NCBI GenBank assembly: GCA_963806225.1
Contig: CAWDXG010000001.1
Coordinates: forward strand, 1,920,001-1,984,000
DNA: 64,000 nt
Direction of reading: 5' to 3'
Origin: an uncultured delta proteobacterium
GTDB lineage: Bacteria; Myxococcota_A; Polyangia; Polyangiales; Polyangiaceae
This document shows positions 61,588-64,000 of this stretch, piece by piece (position 1 is the stretch's first letter; every line of letters begins with the position of its first letter). Made by a program: the position numbers and the translations under genes. Under the pieces are notes generated by a model. It saw only the letters and a program-made list of their open reading frames with translations. It had not been told where the DNA came from and did no database searches.

Positions 61588-63744
61588 CTAGCCGTTGGCC
61601 TTCGCGTCTTCTTCGTCGAGCAGCTTCTCGATGCTCTGGATGCCGTTGAGGATGGCTTCATTGACCATCGAGACGATCGTCGGCAGCGAGCCCTTCAGCG
61701 CCTCGTAGTAGCGCTGGCGCTCCGTCGAGTGGATGATCGCGGGCGGATAACCGGCGCGCAGCAGCATGACGTTCATGAGCAGGCGCGCGACCTTCCCGCT
61801 GTCGCTGGCGAAGGGGAACACGCGCAGGAGGTCGTAGTGGACCCGGGCGGCGATCCGCACGGGGTTCTTGATCTTCTTCGGCTCGGGCCCGTTGAGCCAG
61901 TCGATCACCTGTCGCACGCGGTAGGCGATCTTGTCGGGCGGCGCGTACTCGTGGAAGTACAGGCGGTGCTGCGGGATGTCCTTCCTGTACTTCACGCTCT
62001 TGAGGTCGCCCTCTTCGGGATGCAGCGTGAGGTAGATGCGCTTGATGATGTCGATATTGATCGGCACGCGCTTCTTGTCGCCGAGCTCGCGGACCAGATC
62101 GAGCGCCGCCTTGTGGCGCCGGATCTCCTCGCACACCGGTTGCAGGCTCGAGTCCGGCACGACCGTGATGTTCGGGTCGATGGCCGTCTTCAGCTCCTGG
62201 AAGGTGTACACGACGCCTTCGAGCGCACTGTCATGGTAGATCCACGACATGTCGAAGCTCTCGGCGTACTGGCGCCGGAAGCTATCGTCCGTGCCCTCGA
62301 GCCGCTTGACGATCAGCGTGTAGCGATCCTCGATGCGGTCGGGCTTCGGCGTGGCCGGCGGTTGCGGAACCGGCGCACGGTGAGGAGGGATCTCCGTCGC
62401 GGGCGGCAGAGGCGGCGGCGGTGCCACCTGTCCACCGTCCGGTGGATGGAGGTTGGCGAACCTGCTCGGCAACTGTCCTTCGATAGTGCGACGCGTGGTG
62501 CCTGACTGGTTGGGGATGGCATCCGGGCGGTAGACGCGGGTCGTCGTGCCGCGTCCGACGCCGGCGACGCGCTGTGCACGGCGCGTCGCGCGCGCGACCC
62601 GACCTTCGAGCGCCCGGCGGGCGGCCTCGCGCTCGGCGCGGACCTTCTCGCGCTCGGCTTCCTTGGCCTTGCGGTACGCCTCGCGCTCGGCCTGGATGCG
62701 CGCTCGTTCTTCTTCCTTGAGGCGGCGGGCCTCCTCGCGGGCGGCGTCACGCTCGGCCTGGATGCGCGCTCGTTCTTCTTCCTTGAGGCGGCGGGCCTCT
62801 TCGCGGGCGGCTTCGCGCTCGGCCTGGAGCCGGGCGCGCTCTTCCTCGCGAGCTTTGCGTGCGGCCTCCTTCTCGGCCGCCTTGCGAGCGCGTTCGCGTT
62901 GGCGCTCCTTCTCGCGTTCTTTGCGAGCCTTTTCGCGTTCCTTCTCGCGCTGGGCGCGTTCGCGCTGCTTCTCGCGGTCGGCCCGCGCCTTTTCCTTCTC
63001 GCGTTCTTTGCGAGCCTTTTCGCGTTCCTTCTCACGCTGGGCGCGCTCGCGCTCGCGTTCCTTCTCACGCTGGGCGCGCTCGCGCTCCTTGCGAGCCTTT
63101 TCGCGTTCCTTCTCGCGTTCTTTGCGAGCCTTTTCGCGCTCCTTCTCCTGCTGGGCGCGCTCGCGTTCTTTGCGAGCCTTTTCGCGTTCCTTCTCGCGCT
63201 GGGCGCGTTCGCGCTGCTTCTCGCGGCGCGCTTTGTCGCGTTCCTTCTCGCGTGCGCGCTGCGCCTTCTCCCGTTCGCGCTTGACCTGTGCCGCGGTCTT
63301 CTTGACGCGCTTGGGCGCCTTCTTCGACGAGCGCGCCGCCGTCTTGCGCGTGCGCTGTGTGCCGCGGGTGGACCGGGCGCTCTTGCGCTTGGCCGTCGCT
63401 CCACGGCTGCTGGCGCGCGTGGTCTTCTTCTTCGCAGCGGCGCGCGCGGTCTTTTTCTTCGCAGCGGCGCGCGCGGTCTTTTTCTTCGCAGCGGCGCGCG
63501 CGGTCTTTTTCTTCGCAGCGGCGCGCGTGGTCTTCTTCTTCGCGGCAGCCCGCGTGGTCTTCTTCTTCGCGGCAGCGCGGCCCTTGCTGGTGCTTGTCCT
63601 GGACGTCGTTCCGCGGCGGCTCGACTTCTTTCCGGAGCGCTTCGGCTTCGCGGAGCTCTTGCTCGAGCGTTTCGCGGCCTTGGTCCCGGTCCGACGAGCG
63701 CTAGTGCGCTTTTTGGATGGCTTCTTCTTGTTTCGGGCCGGCAT
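61588..63744 (-). CDS. Histone-H1-like Lys/Ala tail + charged (E/R/K) helical rod + C-terminal Fic-fold domain with a non-canonical motif
   Basis: AAAKKKT[TA]R repeats; REKEREKA repeats; Fic elements 'IYHDSALEG', 'IKRIYLTL', 'YRK', 'AARVHYDLLRVFPFASDSGKVARLLMN', 'RYYEAL'. Confidence 0.85.
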   Translation of the reverse strand: MPARNKKKPSKKRTSARRTGTKAAKRSSKSSAKPKRSGKKSSRRGTTSRTSTSKGRAAAKKKTTRAAAKKKTTRAAAKKKTARAAAKKKTARAAAKKKTARAAAKKKTTRASSRGATAKRKSARSTRGTQRTRKTAARSSKKAPKRVKKTAAQVKREREKAQRAREKERDKARREKQRERAQREKEREKARKERERAQQEKEREKARKEREKEREKARKERERAQREKERERERAQREKEREKARKEREKEKARADREKQRERAQREKEREKARKEREKERQRERARKAAEKEAARKAREEERARLQAEREAAREEARRLKEEERARIQAERDAAREEARRLKEEERARIQAEREAYRKAKEAEREKVRAEREAARRALEGRVARATRRAQRVAGVGRGTTTRVYRPDAIPNQSGTTRRTIEGQLPSRFANLHPPDGGQVAPPPPLPPATEIPPHRAPVPQPPATPKPDRIEDRYTLIVKRLEGTDDSFRRQYAESFDMSWIYHDSALEGVVYTFQELKTAIDPNITVVPDSSLQPVCEEIRRHKAALDLVRELGDKKRVPINIDIIKRIYLTLHPEEGDLKSVKYRKDIPQHRLYFHEYAPPDKIAYRVRQVIDWLNGPEPKKIKNPVRIAARVHYDLLRVFPFASDSGKVARLLMNVMLLRAGYPPAIIHSTERQRYYEALKGSLPTIVSMVNEAILNGIQSIEKLLDEEDAKANG
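63415..63576 (-). repeat. 27-bp tandem repeat x6 (AAAKKKT[TA]R)
   Basis: gcgcgtggtcttcttcttcgcagcggc-type unit repeated six times with a few substitutions. Confidence 0.95.
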
Positions 63745-64000
63745 CAGCGTTGACCAGGGAGAGCGGCCGCACCCGGACCCCAGACTGGCGGCGGGCCAAC
63801 GGGCCGAATACCTCGACACGAGGTGCAGGGTTCTGCCCCCGTCGGAGGAGAAATGGGACCGCAGTCCCGAAATTGCCCCCGGAAGCTAGTCGGGTGGCAC
63901 GTACCCCGTCAAGCAGCGTGTTGCGCTCCCGCACCTTGGGCGGTCCCCACCGCGCGCGGCCTCCGGCGGCGCCCGGTTCAGCTGAAGAAATCGGGGAATA

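Overview
This is a gene-dense, very GC-rich bacterial chromosomal segment. Its gene content points to a myxobacterium (Myxococcota, probably Polyangia/Sorangiineae-like; this is inference): a giant TPR protein, an FHA-sigma54 activator, a PEGA protein, a Zn-ribbon/GYF/TonB-like protein, a Ser/Thr kinase, PrkA and a bactofilin. It holds about 39 protein genes and one tRNA (Ile2, CAU). Housekeeping genes include uvrA, dksA, gltB/gltD, gpsA, a PlsB-like acyltransferase, an amidase, an L,D-transpeptidase, prolyl oligopeptidase and TolC. I found no mobile element, CRISPR array or rRNA. The first ~18.6 kb carries many frameshifts, mostly small insertions and most likely low-coverage long-read errors, so several genes there are reconstructed across frames. 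The most notable items are: (i) a translationally coupled pair of HTTM (SdpB/gamma-carboxylase-like) + DCC thioredoxin-like + SdpA/DUF5819-like fusion proteins, one with an intact DxxCxxC and a perfect acidic tandem repeat, the other lacking the CxxC; (ii) a histone-H1-like/charged-helix protein ending in a Fic domain that lacks the catalytic His; (iii) a CdaA-YbbR fused diadenylate cyclase with RHT instead of RHR, downstream of a GltJ-like gene; (iv) recurring Thr-centred short motifs in several unrelated disordered proteins; (v) a divergent LptD-like/AMIN/beta-barrel cluster opposite a bactofilin, with an operator-like repeat between them.
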